Shown piece by piece: positions 58,470-64,000 of a DNA stretch of 64,000 bases. The notes under the pieces are model-generated. The model made no database searches, had not been told where the DNA came from, and worked only from the letters and a program-made list of their open reading frames with translations. Source of the DNA: the human T2T-CHM13v2.0 reference genome, Homo sapiens. Position 1 is the stretch's first letter, and each line of letters begins with the position of its first letter. Location: NCBI RefSeq assembly GCF_009914755.1, contig NC_060948.1; one strand, written 5' to 3'. The position numbers and the translations under genes are program-made.

Positions 58470-60795
58470 ACGTGGCTTCTCCCGAGTAGCTGGGTGACGC
58501 TGTTTCTCCAGAGTAGCTGGGTGACGCGGTTCCTCCCGAGTATCTGGGTGACGCGGCTTCTCCAGAGTTTCTGGGTGACGCGGCTTCTCCAGAGTAGCTG
58601 GAGGATGCTGTTTCTCCCGAGTAGCTGGGTGACGCTGTTTCTCCAGAGTAGCTGGGTGACGCGGTTTCTCCCGAGTATCTGGGTGAGGCGGCTTCTCCAG
58701 AGTTTCTGGGTGACGTGGCTTCTCCAGAGTAGCTGGAGGATGCTGTTTCTCCCGAGTAGCTGGGTGACGCCGTTTCTCCCGAGTAGCTGGGTGACGCTGT
58801 TTCTCCCGAGTAGCTGGGTGACGCTGTTTCTCCCGAGTAGCTGGGTGATGTTGTTTCTCCGGAGTAGCTGGTGACGCCGTTTCTCCCGAGTAGCTGGGTG
58901 ACGCCGTTTCTCCCGAGTAGCTGGGTGACGCTGTTTCTCCCGAGTAGCTGGGTGATGTTGTTTCTCCGGAGTAGCTGGTGACGCTGTTTCTCCGGAGTAG
59001 CTGGTGATGCCGTTTCTCCAGAGTAGCTGGTGATGCCGTTTCTCCCGAGTAGCTGGGTGATGCTGTTTCTCCAGAGTAGCTGGTGACGCTGTTTCTCCAG
59101 AGTAGCTGGTGACGCTGTTTCTCCCGAGTAGCTGGGTGAAGCCGTTTCTCCAGAGTAGCTGGTGACGCCGTTTCTCCCGAGTAGCTGGTGACGCCGTTTC
59201 TCCCGAGTAGCTGGTGACGCCGTTTCTCCCGAGTAGCTGGTGACGCCGTTTCTCCCGAGTAGCTGGTGACGCCGTTTCTCCAGAGTAGCTGAGTGACGCC
59301 GTTTCTCCCGAGTAGCTGGTGACGCCGTTTCTCCCGAGTAGCTGGTGACGCTGTTTCTCCCGAGTAGCTGAGTGACGCCGTTTCTCCCGAGTAGCTGGTG
59401 ACGCCGTTTCTCCCGAGTAGCTGGTGATGCTGTTTCTCCCGAGTAGCTGGTGATGCTGTTTCTCCCGAGTAGCTGGGTGACGCCGTTTCTCCCGAGTAGC
59501 TGAGTGACGCCGTTTCTCCCGAGTAGCTGAGTGACGCCGTTTCTCCCGAGTAGCTGGTGACGCCATTTCTCCTGAGTAGCTGAGTGACGCCGTTTCTCCC
59601 GAGTAGCTGGTGACGCCGTTTCTCCCGAGTAGCTGGTGACGCCGTTTCTCCCGAGTAGCTGGGTGACGCCGTTTCTCCCGAGTAGCTGGTGACGCCGTTT
59701 CTCCCGAGTAGCTGGTGACGCTGTTTCTCCAGAGTAGCTGGTGACGCTGTTTCTCCCGAGTAGCTGAGTGACGCCGTTTCTCCCGAGTAGCTGGTGACGC
59801 CGTTTCTCCCGAGTAGCTGGTGACGCCGTTTCTCCCGAGTAGCTGGTGACGCTGTTTCTCCAGAGTAGCTGGTGACGCCGTTTCTCCCGAGTAGCTGGGT
59901 GAAGCCGTTTCTCCAGAGTAGCTGGTGACGCCGTTTCTCCCGAGTAGCTGGTGACGCCGTTTCTCCCGAGTAGCTGGTGACGCCGTTTCTCCCGAGTAGC
60001 TGGTGACGCCGTTTCTCCCGAGTAGCTGGTGACGCCGTTTCTCCCGAGTAGCTGGTGACGCCGTTTCTCCAGAGTAGCTGAGTGACGCCGTTTCTCCAGA
60101 GTAGCTGGTGACGCCGTTTCTCCCGAGTAGCTGGTGACGCCGTTTCTCCCGAGTAGCTGGTGACGCCGTTTCTCCCGAGTAGCTGGTGACGCCGTTTCTC
60201 CCGAGTAGCTGGTGACGCCGTTTCTCCAGAGTAGCTGGTGACGCTGTTTCTCCAGAGTAGCTGGTGACGCCGTTTCTCCCGAGTAGCTGGGTGATGTTGT
60301 TTCTCCGGAGTAGCTGGTGACGCCGTTTCTCCCGAGTAGCTGGTGACGCCGTTTCTCCCGAGTAGCTGAGTGACGCCGTTTCTCCAGAGTAGCTGAGTGA
60401 CGCCGTTTCTCCCGAGTAGCTGAGTGACGCCGTTTCTCCCGAGTAGCTGGTGACGCCGTTTCTCCCGAGTAGCTGGTGACGCCGTTTCTCCCGAGTAGCT
60501 GGTGACGCCGTTTCTCCCGAGTAGCTGGTGACGCCGTTTCTCCAGAGTAGCTGGTGACGCCGTTTCTCCCGAGTAGCTGGGTGACGCCGTTTCTCCCGAG
60601 TAGCTGGTGACGCCGTTTCTCCGGAGTAGCTGGTGACGCCGTTTCTCCCGAGTAGCTGGGTGACGCGGCTTCTCCCGAGTAGCTGGGTGACGCGGCTTCT
60701 CCCGAGTAGCTGGGTGACGCGGTTTCTCCAGAGTAGCTGGGTGATGCGGTTTCTCCCGAGTAGCTGGGTGACGCGGTTTTTCCTGAGTAGCTGGG

Positions 60796-60800
<5 letters not shown>
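58470..60800. repeat. 26/27 bp VNTR (~88 copies) tgacgccgtttctcccgagtagctgg(g)
   Basis: Regular 26-27 bp period over ~2.3 kb; contains the Alu fragment ctcccgagtagctggg. Confidence 0.97.

Positions 60801-64000
<3,200 letters not shown>

Overview
Primate DNA, almost certainly human, from the 5' half of PPP2R3B (PP2A regulatory B'' subunit PR70, pseudoautosomal region PAR1) on the minus strand, plus about 25 kb upstream. The identification comes from recognising the peptide; no database search was run. Coding exon 1 (38266-38589) lies in a CpG-island promoter. It splices in phase 0 across a 27.7 kb intron to exon 2 (10337-10522), and the gene continues off the left edge. The main finding is a second CpG island inside intron 1 carrying an ATG-initiated 42-codon exon (25371-25496) with a phase-0 donor. 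Its peptide closely matches my recollection of the PR72-specific N-terminus of the paralog PPP2R3A, which suggests an alternative-promoter, PR72-type isoform of PPP2R3B. The rest of the window is dense in Alus, old L1 fragments and GC-rich minisatellites. Several arrays visibly arose from transposon pieces: an Alu/THE1 junction, L1 ORF2, and Alu monomer arrays. Many Alus share an unusual TAATCC>TCATCC change. The very long ORFs in the track are VNTR artefacts. Repeat family calls are by eye and their boundaries are approximate.
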